Positions 1-48,447 of a stretch of DNA of 63,869 bases are shown here, piece after piece; within the stretch, counting starts at the first letter, position 1; each line of letters starts with the position of its first letter. Below the pieces are notes generated by a model. It was not told the DNA's origin. It worked only from the letters and a program-made list of their open reading frames with translations, and did not search any database. The stretch spans positions 71,379,128 to 71,442,996 of the forward strand of contig NC_068981.1 of NCBI RefSeq assembly GCF_001194135.2, read 5' to 3'. The position numbers were made by a program, and so were the translations under genes. The DNA is from Octopus bimaculoides. Taxonomy: Eukaryota.

Positions 1-33
<33 letters not shown>

Positions 34-34
<1 letters not shown>

Positions 35-1226
35 TGGGTCATCCCATAAATAATGCGGTTTTTATCAATTACATGAACTAAAACTCGGAGGCAGACGGGA
101 TAAACTACCTGCATCAACTTGCTATAAAAGCAGGTATTAATTTTACCTTGTACTTATTCTTAGTGCAAGTTTTAAAGAGTACAGTTCGATTTTAACAATT
201 ATTTTTTCAATGCTCTAATGGGAGTAACAAAGGAGCATATTCGGTATATTTTGCATTATGAATTCGATAAAGACAACAACGCAACAGAAAGTGCGATGAA
301 TATTAATGCGGTATATGGGGATCGGACATTAAGTGTAACCCAGTGTCAACGGTGGTTCCAGCAATTCCGAGCCCGAAACTACAGTCTAGAAAACGATCCT
401 CGTCCAGGAAGATCTTTAGACTTGTACGGTCTCTCTTCCAAAATGCACTGTTCTGATCTCGTCTAAAAGATTCCTATTTTCTCGGAATAGTCAGCAAATT
501 GAATCAATAGGTTCCTCACAAACTTTCCGAGTCTAATCGCGCGCAGAGAGTGAATATGTGCTCTTCTTTGCTGTCACGTCTCATGAATGAACATTTTTTG
601 GACCGAATAGTGACTGGTGACGAGAAATGGGTTCTCTATAAAAGTGTCAAGCACCGAAGACAGTGGATAGAGAAGAGAAAAACACCGGCACTCCAGGCTA
701 AAGTAAGTCTTCACTCACGTAAGGTATTGTTATCTGTTGGGATACGAAAGGTTTAGTCTAATTTGAACTTTTAAACCCAAATCAAATGATAGCAAAGGAG
801 ATTTACTGTTTGAGCGGCTTAAGTCAGCGCTGGAAGAAAAGTGACCATATTTGGTTTCAAGACGAATGGTTTTCTTCCATCAGAATAATGCTCTGCCATA
901 TACAGCAAGAATGATATTCCAAAGGCTGGAGCAGTTTGAATGGAAAACGATTCCCCACACATCATATTCGCCGGATATTACCCCATCTGATTATCATTTA
1001 CTCTGCAGTCTTTAAAATCTTTTGGACAGAGAAAATAGGAATCTTTTAGACGAGATCAGAACAGTGCATTTTGGAAGAGAGGCCGTACAAGTCTACCAGA
1101 TAGATGGAAGAGTATTGTAGGAAATGAAGGAGAGTATATTTTACATTAAAAAAGAACTTTGTTTATCTTAATTTTGAAAAATAAAAGAAGTATGAAAAAT
1201 ACCGCATTTTTTATGGGATGACCCAC
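34..1226 (+). mobile_element. Near full-length defective mariner (DD34D, Hsmar1/SETMAR-like)
   Basis: 26-bp TIRs at 34-59 and 1201-1226 (2 mismatches) with TA on both flanks. Broken transposase from 218: HTH region ...QRWFQQFR, IVTGDEKW, YSPDITPSDYHL. Frameshifts and stops. Confidence 0.92.
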
Positions 1227-1607
1227 TATGTAGAAATCTCCTTAACCGAATGCATTCACATTCCGTAAAGCACTTGACCATCTACCCAATCAAAGGAAAT
1301 CATTTAACATATATTACTGAAAATATACTTTAAATTAAAATCGATAATAAAATAACTGGGGTCATATTTGATGTTCTCTTCCTTTCTACGTATTAGTTGA
1401 CTGCATGAATCCTCACCATCATAATATGACTTTATTGTGTCTTTTTCTAACTCTTTAATTCAAGATGAATACAGCATCCTCATCAAAATGGATACGTTAA
1501 TGAGAAATCATTATATAAAAAAGGCACATGCTCAAGTGAAATAATTACCTATGATGTACATATGTAATATTGAAGCAACCGTCTTACATATGTTTTTCTT
1601 CTTGCAG

Positions 1608-36554
<34,947 letters not shown>

Positions 36555-36716
36555 TACCAATACATAATAACCTTTGAATGATTTGACTTTAAAAACTGAG
36601 TGAGCAAAAAAAAAAGCAAATTTGAAGGATGATTACTTGCATAAGTAAAATCAGGAAACATTTGCGTTTGGTGTCATAGGAAATAATGAAAATGGACTTT
36701 TCATAATAATCATGTT

Positions 36717-36946
36717 AATAAATGTGAAAAATAATTGATTTGAATGTTGATTAGATAAAGTAAATATTTCTTTAGAATTGTTTTGTTACTTTTGTCCTTG
36801 AAAAGAAATTGATTTTTTTAATCTTTTTTCATTTTCTATTATAGTATATGTGAATACACGTGGTGTGTAAGAAATTTTAATGTATTGAAATTTAGATACT
36901 CTTTTATCAAAACTGTTAATATGAACGTGTTAATGTGATAAATAAA
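36717..36946 (+). terminator. Candidate polyadenylation signals (AATAAA at 36717-36722 and 36941-36946)
   Basis: Hexamers downstream of the stop; a GT/T-rich tract follows the second. In AT-rich DNA these also occur by chance. Confidence 0.4.
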
Positions 36947-38599
36947 AAAACGCACTAAGAATGTGCAATAACGTTTATTCACAATTTGCTAGGTTGTGTT
37001 TTAATTTCATAATTCTTTTTAGGTGGAAAAAAAGGTAAAGAAACTAAATAGAATACAGTATTTAGTTTTGTCCCTTTACCTCCTGATTTTTTTATCTTGC
37101 TTTCCATATCTCCATGATAGATAAAATATGCGATTTTCATCTATTGACCCTATTCAATCAACTATCACCTTTTGTCTACAGATCCTTGCCCTTGTACCAA
37201 TATAAGATATTAATTATTAACGATTTAATGAAACGTGAAAATATATGGCCTAAACTTAAGCGTGTATGTGATGTTAAACAGACAAATGGTAAATTTAACC
37301 CAAGCTAACACTAGTCTGTCTCTTGTAACAGTCCTTGAAAACCCTGATTCTTATTACTTGTAGCTACATGAAACAACGAAAAACCTACAATGGACGTGAG
37401 CACGCGACACATGAGTTAAAAAGCAATATTTTACCAGTACTTTATCTACTGAATGATTCATTCCCTCTCTCAATCGGAACTATTTTGATATACATTTTCA
37501 ACTCGTATCACGCAAAAAATATCAATTCAATCTTCCAAGTTTCATTGGGTTTAATTGCTGAAAGATCACCATGATTTACCGTTTTATTTATTAAAATTCA
37601 ACGGTCACATTCATTTTTACAATTTCGGGCAATTCCTGTTTGTGTGGCATATCAAGCAGAGGAGATAAATCCATAACGCTATTATATTTCTACCCTTTCC
37701 TTTGAATGATATGTCTGCCATTCTATCTTAGAATAACTGGTATCACTTATTTAGTGCAGCATGAACCAAGGCCACTGGCCCCATGTCTTAGTTACATTAT
37801 CTACTGATACATCATTGCTATTTCGTAGGTCCTCGATACACAAAGTTTTAGCACTAAATGTTCCATGGGCATTTTATCTGTAATCATTGCAATATTTCTT
37901 ATTTGTTCCTTCCTGATGACGTCCCTTAATTTCAATCCCAGTTTTAGTTTCCTATCGTCCTTTCTTTTTCTCTATCTTTCTCTTTAAGTATTTTTCTTTT
38001 ACGTTCATGTTCTCGAAATTACGCTCTGTTCCAGTTTTATTATACTGTTATTTACAAAAATAGAAGGTATCTTAATAAACTAATGCTTTACAAAAATACG
38101 CAGAAGACATATATTTGCGTTGTTACAATTACGTAGAAGAGAAGACTTTTGCCTGCTCTCACTGGAATTTTTTTCTTTATATTGACCGTTGAAGCAGCAC
38201 TGTTTTAGATACAATTGTAGCAGATCTTAACGCTATTTCAATTAAAGAAAGTACACTTATTTAATTAAGTTTAGGAAGGTCCTGACAAGAGTGGAAGAAA
38301 CATTTAAATAATATAATGGATCTATATAATATTTTGTTCCTCGTTTATATATTTATCTTTGTTAGTATAGTTAAGAATATTAAGTATTCTATCTTTGAAG
38401 TTATCGCCTTTAAATGCATCATTATGAGCACCGCGGTTGAAAGGATTCCACAGTCGCCGATGGATATCCTGGAGATCAGAGAATGGTTAGAATTTATATC
38501 AATACACAGCAATTTCTCGTAAAGTTTGCACTAAAAGTAGCATTTGGCAGCACCTATATCTAGAGGGATATCTTAAAGTTTTAGTAGATTTAGATTCAA

Positions 38600-38830
38600 A
38601 AGATTATCTGTAGATTCCCTCTACAAGTATACTTTGTGTTTAAATAGCAGCAATATTAATAATTATAAAATTGACTGGTCCATGAGACAACACGAGTCCC
38701 CTAGCATAAATTATTCTATGTGCTATTTCTGTCTCTCCGAAAAATATAACATCTTACAGCCTTTTGCAATTATGATCAAAAGACTAGAGTTGATTAATTC
38801 TTGCAGAGACTTCTAACGATATTTATTGAG
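38600..38830 (+). mobile_element. Penelope-like GIY-YIG endonuclease C-terminal relic
   Basis: YKIDWSM...CYFCLSEKYNIL...KRLELINSCR resembles I.WSI...C.LCL.EK..I...LN.R.EL...CRH. Confidence 0.6.
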
Positions 38831-39861
38831 GAATTACCACCTGACTAAAATTGTTTATTACTCATATAATTGATCTGCCATACCTTGGAAGATTGCAATA
38901 TGATACCAATCATTGATACTAGAACTTTCTAAAATAATAACCTTTATTAGTCATATTTTTGTTTTACAAATATGATACTAAACAGATAAAATTTCAGGTA
39001 TTCTTGCATGTGAGGAGACGAATATACCACATATTCTTCAAATGACAGTTGAATAGATAGTTGTTCTTGGGTAACTAATGAAATCGCAGTGATTATTGTT
39101 ATTTTGATGTGTTTATGAACATATTTGCTTATACTTTGTGGCATTAGTTCTTTGTTTCACTCGTCTGAATAACTGGTATGCGAAAATAATCGTAGTAACG
39201 ATTCAAGTAGCTTCTACTTATAAAGACACGTACACTAACTGTTTTAAGTACTGTGTACACTTGTTTCTTCATTTGTAACCGCAAGTATTCACCAAACTGT
39301 ACACATGTGTGTGCGTGTGTAGATATGTATACTTTTACATTTGCTTTCTACTTTTATTTGTTTCGGTCAGTTTGAAATTATGCATTGTGATCTGTAGTGT
39401 AAATTCTATAAAGTATCACTTTATCGGAGTTCTATAGTACACCCAAATTAATTCTGGAAAATTATATTTCCAAATATTTTAAGTATTATTCAGAAGCTAG
39501 TTAAATATATCAGCACTTTATTATTCTACTTTTTTCTTGTCTTTATATTTCTTCAAATCCTGCATATTCACCACATAATTTAATTATATATCAACATTGA
39601 TCGAAGCAAAAAGCTATGTAGAAAAGTAAAATGTGACAGACTACAGTCATTATCTACTTTTATACTGAGCATTTTAGTTTCCTTCTGTATTGTTATTTGT
39701 ATGAGCGTGGAGTTTAACTTATTGTGTCAAAATTATCATATACACAAATGTACTCTCGCTCCCAACATACACGAGCATTTGAAACACCATAGCCATTTAT
39801 GCATACATACACACACACATATATGCATACATATATAAAAGTGCATATACACATACACACG

Positions 39862-39895
<34 letters not shown>

Positions 39896-40389
39896 NNNNN
39901 NNNNNNNNNNNNNNNNNNNNNNNNNNNNNNNNNNNNNNNNNNNNNNNNNNNNNNNNNNNNNNNNNNNNNNNNNNNNNNNNNNNNNNNNNNNNNNNNNNNN
40001 NNNNNNNNNNNNNNNNNNNNNNNNNNNNNNNNNNNNNNNNNNNNNNNNNNNNNNNNNNNNNNNNNNNNNNNNNNNNNNNNNNNNNNNNNNNNNNNNNNNN
40101 NNNNNNNNNNNNNNNNNNNNNNNNNNNNNNNNNNNNNNNNNNNNNNNNNNNNNNNNNNNNNNNNNNNNNNNNNNNNNNNNNNNNNNNNNNNNNNNNNNNN
40201 NNNNNNNNNNNNNNNNNNNNNNNNNNNNNNNNNNNNNNNNNNNNNNNNNNNNNNNNNNNNNNNNNNNNNNNNNNNNNNNNNNNNNNNNNNNNNNNNNNNN
40301 NNNNNNNNNNNNNNNNNNNNNNNNNNNNNNNNNNNNNNNNNNNNNNNNNNNNNNNNNNNNNNNNNNNNNNNNNNNNNNNNNNGAAAAAA

Positions 40390-40785
40390 TGTTTGAGGGG
40401 AATTTCCAAGAAGAGAATTTTAATACACGAAATGGTAGACCCTGTCAGCTTCCAAATATACCACATTCGAAATCACGATCGAAAACTTACTATTGTACCA
40501 GTCTGATATTTAGGGTTCCTCAGTTGTTCAGCTGCCTACCTAAAGAAATCAGAAATATAAAAGGGATTTTTTTTGAAAAATTCAAAAACATTGCATAAAC
40601 TCCTAACAATGATACAGGGCCAGCCAACTATTGAAGGATACACTCAAAGAAGCTCAGCTGCTACGAACTCAGTCATTGACCAACTTCCAGCCATAAAGCA
40701 ACAAAACTGAAAGGAAATTAATTAAGACGGTGCTCCAGCATGGCAGCAGTCACACGACTGAAACCACTAAAAAAATAAACGAAAA
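40390..40785 (+). mobile_element. 3' end of an L2/CR1-group LINE with its 3' tail
   Basis: RNGRPCQLP...SLIFRVPQLFSCLPKEIRNIKG..., then tail GGTGCTCCAGCATGGC...GACTGAAAC...AAATAAA. Confidence 0.75.
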
Positions 40786-42066
40786 GGTCAAAATTCTTTA
40801 TTAATCATCAGAGAGATATCTTTATATTACTAATGGACTTCTCATATGAAATCCGGCATATAAATGCTAAATAATACATCGAAATTTGAATCTCAGGAAT
40901 TCTGCAATAAGAATGAAGTTAATAGCCGAGAAAATAAGTTATTTACATTAGTTGGTGCATCATCAAAGTATTCAGAAAATGTGTTTAACTTATAAAATAC
41001 AGACCTAAAAATATCAATGATAATCTAAATTTCAGAAATTTATATGCCACAGGACCTTCCAGAAACAAACACCAATATCTAAGTGTTGTCTAAGCTTAAT
41101 AATATTACCTGTCAAGGAAAGCCAACCAATACCAATATAAGTGATCTTTACAAGCTGTACAAACTGTACAAACGCTTTTGACTTTACGAAAGTGAAGGAC
41201 AACTCAGAATAACGAGACTAAGACATAAGAAATTGACAATCAGTGAAAACAGATATGTATTCCCATCATCAGTTGTCAAACGGATAGCTCTATGGTTTCG
41301 GCACCTGGGCAGTACTATTTAATCTAGCAGTGTCAACAGCGTTGAAAATATAAATGCTACCTGGGTATATACCAGCTTATTACTACAAGTAACAACATCA
41401 AAATAAACAAATAGTGGTAACTTATTGCTACAAAATAGTACTTATTAAACAAAGAAATTATTCCAAAACGGACATTCATACAATACAACGAACATAGACT
41501 ACTACATACGTTGTTTTCTCAATCTACACCCTATCAAAAACATAACTACTGTAACCTTGTTTTTCCATGTTCACTTTTAACATATTAACCCTAACCAAAA
41601 CCATTCCAACTGTATTTATCATACTACAATATCTAATGACCTTACTGGAAAACGTTATAATCCATCCAAAGAGGAATTTCTAATAAACCGCCTTTGGCAA
41701 CGATAGAATGCGGAAATTAAAACTATCAATCTTGTTATAAATACTCTACACTATTCCCAGATCCAAGTAGTTAACTTCTTTTACAGAATCGCCATCTCTA
41801 GTCGCTTCGAGATTCACAGAATATATTTTTCCCAGCAAATATTCAAAATACCCACTGATAGGAATAAAAATAACATCGATATATATGTGCAGCATCCACT
41901 GGGTTGTGTAACCAAACCTATCTTTTCCCTTCAGTGTAGATCATTAAGGAAGTTGAACTCACATAAAGATAAATACGAATCCGCTAACTCAGGACAACTA
42001 TTAACACCCATCGGAATCTCCTTAATTTGTTTAAAAACCTTCCCAGCAAATGTAATTTATGCGTCA

Positions 42067-42343
42067 TCTATAGATATATAACAAAGGATGTGTGCGCGTA
42101 TGTGTGTATGTGTGTGTGCGTGTAAGTGTGTATGTAGTACGTATGCATTTCTATACTTTTCAACCGATTTTCACCAAACTTTACACGCGACATGCACTAA
42201 TACCTTGTGTCCAGAGTTCCCGCGTAATGCAAGAAACCGACCGGCAAAAAAAGGTGTTTCACATGGGTTTATCTCTAAAAACTGCAGTTTTCAACCGATC
42301 CTCTCTCTTTGACTTCTGCAATATATGTGCATACATATGTGCA

Positions 42344-42384
<41 letters not shown>

Positions 42385-42531
42385 NNNNNNNNNNNNNNNN
42401 NNNNNNNNNNNNNNNNNNNNNNNNNNNNNNNNNNNNNNNNNNNNNNNNNNNNNNNNNNNNNNNNNNNNNNNNNNNNNNNNNNNNNNNNNNNNNNNNNNNN
42501 NNNNNNNNNNNNNNNNNNNNNNNNNNNNNNN

Positions 42532-42590
<59 letters not shown>

Positions 42591-43510
42591 TTATTGTTTC
42601 ACTTTTGATACGTATACTGAAATAGTGTAAGAGATAAGAGATTGCTCCGGGCTCGCATCAAAGTTATTTGATCGCAAATCTCCTTTGAGTCGTTTTATTA
42701 TCACTGGGTCAGAAATAGTCCTCAGATGATAACATTGGTTTCAAGGCCATTCCAGATAAGTGATTGGTCATTCAAAGAGATTTATAGATTGTAAATATAT
42801 TCTATTCAGTTACCTATCGACATAGTGATCATTGGCAAACTCCAGAGGTGACCCTTTCATTTCCCCTTAGCCCTCAGGTCACACAGTTGTTAATGGTTAT
42901 TTGAGTTGGGTCACGCCCTTCCTATTGGTATAGATCCGTAATGCACCTTACGGCTGTGCCGGTCACCTGTATGGTGAGGAATTCTACATTGGGGAGAAGT
43001 AACGACGAGAGTATGGTAGCTGACTGCTTATTGTGATCATTCGTCTTTTGGTTTCGTCTAGCTTTGCTCTCTTTTACAAACCCAGTGAACATTCATATAT
43101 TTCAGATTTCAAAGAAATTTGAACAATACATATAAGACATGAGTTAAAAAAGATTCCCGACAATTCAATTTCTCTGATTGACTTTAAGACCCGCTAATAG
43201 GGGCCCTAACTGCCACATTTTAGAGCTCCATGTACTTCATGTGCTCCATTTTTCAGGAGCAAAAACCTTTGAATAGGTTTTATAAGATTTAGATTTTGGA
43301 ATCTGGGCATAAAGATGAGTAGTATGAGATAAATATGTCATGATTAGATTTTTGTTGGGGTGTGTAAAGAGGGAAAGAACCTTCATTAAAATTCTTAGTC
43401 TCCAATTTTGATGAAATTCGGATCATAGGTACCCCAGTTCATTAGAGAAAATATAAAAGTCTAATTCTTCGATTCAATGTGACACAGGCAACGCCGGGTA
43501 TCTCTGCTAG
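42067..43510 (+). mobile_element. Non-autonomous Helitron/HINE-like element (contains microsatellites and a gap; may be two pieces)
   Basis: a|TCTATAGATATATAA start, internal ccgattttcaccaaact, 3' end ggcaacgccgggtatctctgCTAG|t. Confidence 0.6.
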
Positions 43511-43511
43511 T

Positions 43512-43580
<69 letters not shown>

Positions 43581-43671
43581 ACAGGAAGGACAATAAAAAG
43601 AAAGAGACCTCGATATTATGCAAATAGAGGAATTTATCTGTAAAAATATGTGACACTTATTCAGTAGCCAT

Positions 43672-43732
43672 GATAAAACTCCGAGTTTCGGATGCCAGGG
43701 TGGGAGCCCACGCCAACATCTCTTCAGTTATC
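43672..43732 (-). ncRNA. Type I hammerhead ribozyme motif with extended stem II
   Basis: Stem I GAUAA/UUAUC; CUGAAGA; 31-nt stem II (GAUGUUGG/CUGGCAUC, GUGG/CCAC, one extra C); GAAA; stem III ACUC-G-GAGU; GUU triplet. Confidence 0.7.
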
Positions 43733-44699
43733 CGGCCAATAAATATTATAGATACGTGTAATATATAGAAGATAGTTAAAAACGTTTTCTGTGTGTATAA
43801 AACATGGGACGTTTAACGTTAACTACAGACATGTGGCGAAAGTACAGAATTTATTTAACTATAAATGTCCGTGTGTGTGAGTGTATGTGTGTTTGAGTGT
43901 GAATGCGTGTGAGTGTGAGTGCGTGTGAGTGTGAGTGCGTATGTGTGTGAGTGTGTGTGAGTGCATGAGTGAGTGTGTGTATGAGAGAGAGAGAATGTTT
44001 ATGTGTATAGCTAAGTAAATCATAGCTTAAAGTAACTGTAAACTGAAAAACCATTTTAACTTAGACAATCATGCTGAAGATTCCGCTGGATTTATTTCCT
44101 TCGTTGTTCTTCGTGTTATCAATTGTTTTTAATGAATATTGAATGCCATAATGTAAACAAAGCAAACGAATTCTTCGATAGATCAGAGGTCGTTGATATT
44201 ATTCTTATTTTACAGATTCTTTATCTATAAAAACAGTCTGCAACTATTTTTCCAACAAATTTATAGACTGAAACAAAAATTAACAAGTAAACATAAATGC
44301 CACTCATCAGTACGCTAGATTTACGAAGGACAAAGAGAAAATATTAACATAGGTTTTGTATGAATAATTATAGATATTTATATATAGGCTTCCTGAAATA
44401 TATACACGCCAACAAAAGTAAGTGTTGTCATGGCTATACGGAAGGTGAAAATATTCTTTTTGTTTTTTTTGGTCGGTATGCTATAAGTTAAATAAAGACA
44501 TTTCATAAATATTTTGTTTACAATCCTGTTTGTGTGAAAGAATATACCAGTTATCATTTCCATGTTTTTCAAACTTCTTTTTTATTATATTGTGATAAGG
44601 CGTATTACATGCAGATTTGATAAAATTCTATGACCAAGAATATTAGATCTTCTCTGATAATTATCTCTAAGAAATTTAGTATTTATATGTGCGTGTGTG

Positions 44700-44730
<31 letters not shown>

Positions 44731-45369
44731 ATAAAGAGAGAGTGGGAGAGAGAGAAAGGGGAAGAGATATCTACACACATATATATTGTTTACTCTTCTG
44801 TTGAGGAAGGATCAATAAAAATGTGCTCCGTCCAGTGAAAGCTAAATATCATTTAATGTACACAATATTAGAAATAAGAGCAGTATTTAAAATAATGGTT
44901 TCTTACTATAGAGACACAGTGATTAGGCAGATTTATACAACATGCCCTGTGTCTTCAGGCGGTCTTCAGGCTCGGGGCTTAGTTTCATTTGAAAACTAGG
45001 ACGCTGCTACATGAGAAACCATGAGAAACACGAAAAGATTGATGCAAAAAGTGGAATGAGAAAACAAAGGGTAAATAAAAGTAGAAAAAGGAAAGGACGG
45101 GAAGAGAATTGAGAGTTACACCCCCTTTGATCGTAGAAATCATAATTAATCTAGGCGGTGTCGAATAATTCAATGATAAGGAGTTCAGAAGCTGCAGGAC
45201 AGCTGCTCAATCCGGAGAGGGTGCTATCCCCCAGTTCGACAAAGGAATATTTATCACAGCAGAGACTTCCACCTTATAGATGACTGAATCTATCAAACAC
45301 ATCTGAACTAGTGTGCAAGCTTCGTGGTCTTGACAGTTACAACTGAAAGTGGACTCTTGGTGAGGCTTG

Positions 45370-45715
45370 CGAGTGACAATATCCTTTATATTGGGACAGC
45401 TGCTATATATCACTTTTATCGGGCACCTATTAGAAATCTTCCTCAAGATTGGGGTACCAGTTATGCTGCTTCGAAAACTCGCTCCCCTAAAGCTTTGCAA
45501 TGGCACACGACTTATAATAAAAAAAGATGATGCCAACAGTCTTGGAGGCAACAATTTTGACATGTAAAGCAAGCGGTGAGCCTGTATTTATTCCTAGCAT
45601 TCCACTTATTCCCTCGGATATACCTTTCCAGTACAAGCGCCTGCAATTCCCGTTGAAACTTTGCAATGAGCATTAACAAGGCCCAGGTCAGTCCTTGAAC
45701 GTGGTAAGTCTGAAT
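45370..45715 (+). mobile_element. Helitron RepHel PIF1-like helicase fragment (pseudogene)
   Basis: LKIGVPVMLLRKLAPLKLCNGTRLIIKK, then VFIPSIPLIPSDIPFQYKRLQFPLK and AMSINKAQ across frameshifts. Confidence 0.92.
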
Positions 45716-46823
45716 TTTTAAGTTCACAACACTGAAACTATATGTATATTACTCATAAGAAATAAAGATGAGAGATTGAATAAATGCATTTCTGTGAAGA
45801 CCTCAGGGGAGATAATTTTACGACGACTATTATTGCTGCCACTGCCGCTTATTTGACTGCTACGGTCACTCCTTTTGAAAATAGTTTTGACCACACTACT
45901 TAACTTACCATCACAGCCAGCAGCTGAAGTTGCTACTAGGAATGCCACGAAATTAATGGAAATTACCACGTGTTCTTGCAGGAAAAAGAAAAGTACACTA
46001 TGAACGTTTGTTTTATTAATAATCTTATTAATTTTTTTTCTCTACATATTTCAAATTTGTACATATTTGTCATAAGGTTTACAAACAACCGAAGCATGTA
46101 AAACAAAAACTTTTAATGTATCTATATAAAGAAATTTAAATGTACCTAATTTTAAAAAAGTAACATTTTTGTTCTTCTTTTTCATAAATATCTACCTACT
46201 CGTGTGTTACCTTTACATTTTTAAATATATATATGTGTGTGTGTACATATATATATATACATATGTACTTATATAGTTTAAGTGTGTGTATATATATAGA
46301 TATAGATAGATACATACATGCATATAGACATATATGTATATGTACATATATACATATGTACTTATATGACCATTAATCAATTGGTTATATCGGACTCCGA
46401 CTATGGGATATTCTTGTCGATTAATCATGCATTTACAGAAAATAGCCATTGCAACATTTTACAATGCATTCTATGAAATAAGATTAAATATTATTTGACA
46501 GCACTCTCTTCTTGTAGAAAATTTCACAAGAAATTATGCCAATTTTATTAACGGTAAAGTACAAACTAAAATCAATGCACAGACGCAGCACACATGCAAG
46601 AAATCATTAAATCTTCCAAGTGTCAGCCATTGATTAAGTATTGGTAGAATACTATTTGTTAAAATATTATAATTGTCTATATATGTAAGACAATAAATTG
46701 GTATTAGATGACAATCTATCAGCTTTTTTAGATTAGGTGATCCTATGATTACTTGTTAAAATTAATCTGTAAATAGTCGTATTTTGAGCATTCGGATAAA
46801 GTCTTATGCTATTATAGTTATTA

Positions 46824-47438
46824 CTAGTGAGACTCATGGAAATTCCAAGAACGAAAACGATTAAGAGAAGCTATTTAAGAACGAAAGGATGATTTGCACT
46901 TTTATTTCTATTTTGCTAAGTATTTCACTTCCAGTTACAATAATATATTATATTTTAAAATTTCCTCCTCTTAACCATTTTATATTTCTCTCTTTCTCTC
47001 TACCTCTTCAAAAAAAATTTTAACGATGTAATTCCCGTCTTCATGTCTTGAACATTTCTTTCTTTTTCTTCACCTCTCACTTCCACTAACTCTTTCTATC
47101 TTTTTCTTAATGTAACTGCCTCCCCTGCCCATCTCTCTTTATCTGCCATTCTTTAACCTCACCAGCAGAACATTACCCTTTGCTAAATATTGTGTCCTAA
47201 ACATATCTCTTTCTCTTTCTCTTTATCTTTCTTTCTCTTCATTTTTTTCTCTTTATCTTTCCCTTTATTTCCCCACCCTAGAGTACGTCGTTAACACTTC
47301 TCTCTCCCTCTTTTCTCTCACTGTCTTTTCTGTCACTCTTCACCTCTCCCTTCAACTAACCATGTGGCGCATTTGTCCTAATTATACCTCTTTCTCTACT
47401 TTTTCCTCACTTCTTTCTTCTCTGTTCACTTTCCTCAC

Positions 47439-47503
<65 letters not shown>

Positions 47504-47599
47504 ACACACACTTTTACTCCACTTTTCACTCAATCAACCTCCACCTCTCTAACTAACTAAAGTATAACGGGCGAACTAACAAGCAGATTATTATATAGA
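46824..47599 (-). mobile_element. Non-autonomous Helitron-like element with purine-rich body on the minus strand
   Basis: Minus-strand start TCTATATAATAA at 47599 and CTAG|T end at 46824 with a degenerate subterminal hairpin. Confidence 0.5.
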
Positions 47600-48086
47600 T
47601 TATTATTGGTATTATTGTTATGGCTAGTAGAAGAAAATTGTGTCTTATTTTCGTATTTAAAAGAATTATTAATAATATTTGTAGTATTTCAACAAATAGT
47701 TTAACTTACTAATAGACAATTTTGGACATTTAGGTTTCTTTTTTCTTTTCTTTTCTTTTTTCGACACGGTTTCAATGAGATTTTTATTAAATCTATTACT
47801 GAACAATTTACTTGGAAATTTATAATTAAATTATCTATCCGTAATTGTTAAGATAATCAACTTTTTCATATACGTTGTGAAATATACTGGAGATTATAAA
47901 AACTGGTCCAAGTTCTCTGATTAATATGGAAGATTAGATATTGATTAACTGCCAACATTTATTTTTTATTATCTTTTCTAATTATCCTGAACGTAAAAAT
48001 AAAATTAAACTTACAATTCATGAAATAAAAGATAACTTAAATAGGAATAATATATATTATATTAGAAAAATAATAATTCTTTTACT

Positions 48087-48243
48087 CGTCTGTCTTTACG
48101 TTCTGAATTCAAATTCCGCTGAGGTCGACTTTGCCTTTCATCGTTTTGGGGTCAATAGATTAAGTACCAGCTGTGTACTGGAGTCGATCTAATCTACTGG
48201 CCCCTCCCCCAAAATTTCGGGCCTTGTGCCTAGAGTAGAAAAG
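48087..48243 (+). mobile_element. SINE family A, 5'-truncated, 15-bp TSD with one mismatch
   Basis: aataattcttttact (48072-48086) / aataattcttctact (48244-48258); same ttgtgcctagagtagaaaag tail as the 16949 copy. Confidence 0.88.
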
Positions 48244-48447
48244 AATAATTCTTCTACTTTAAGATAACAAGCTCAGGTGATCTTGCTTTCTCTATGTGAC
48301 TAATTAATTTCTCAGTTTATCGTGTATTAACATAATCTTTCATTTTAAGTTATTTCATCTATCATTTCATTTTACTGATTTATATTTTAATTTTATCCTT
48401 AATTGCACTAAGTTTCTATTTATCTATATTTGAATATCTTCCTCTCT

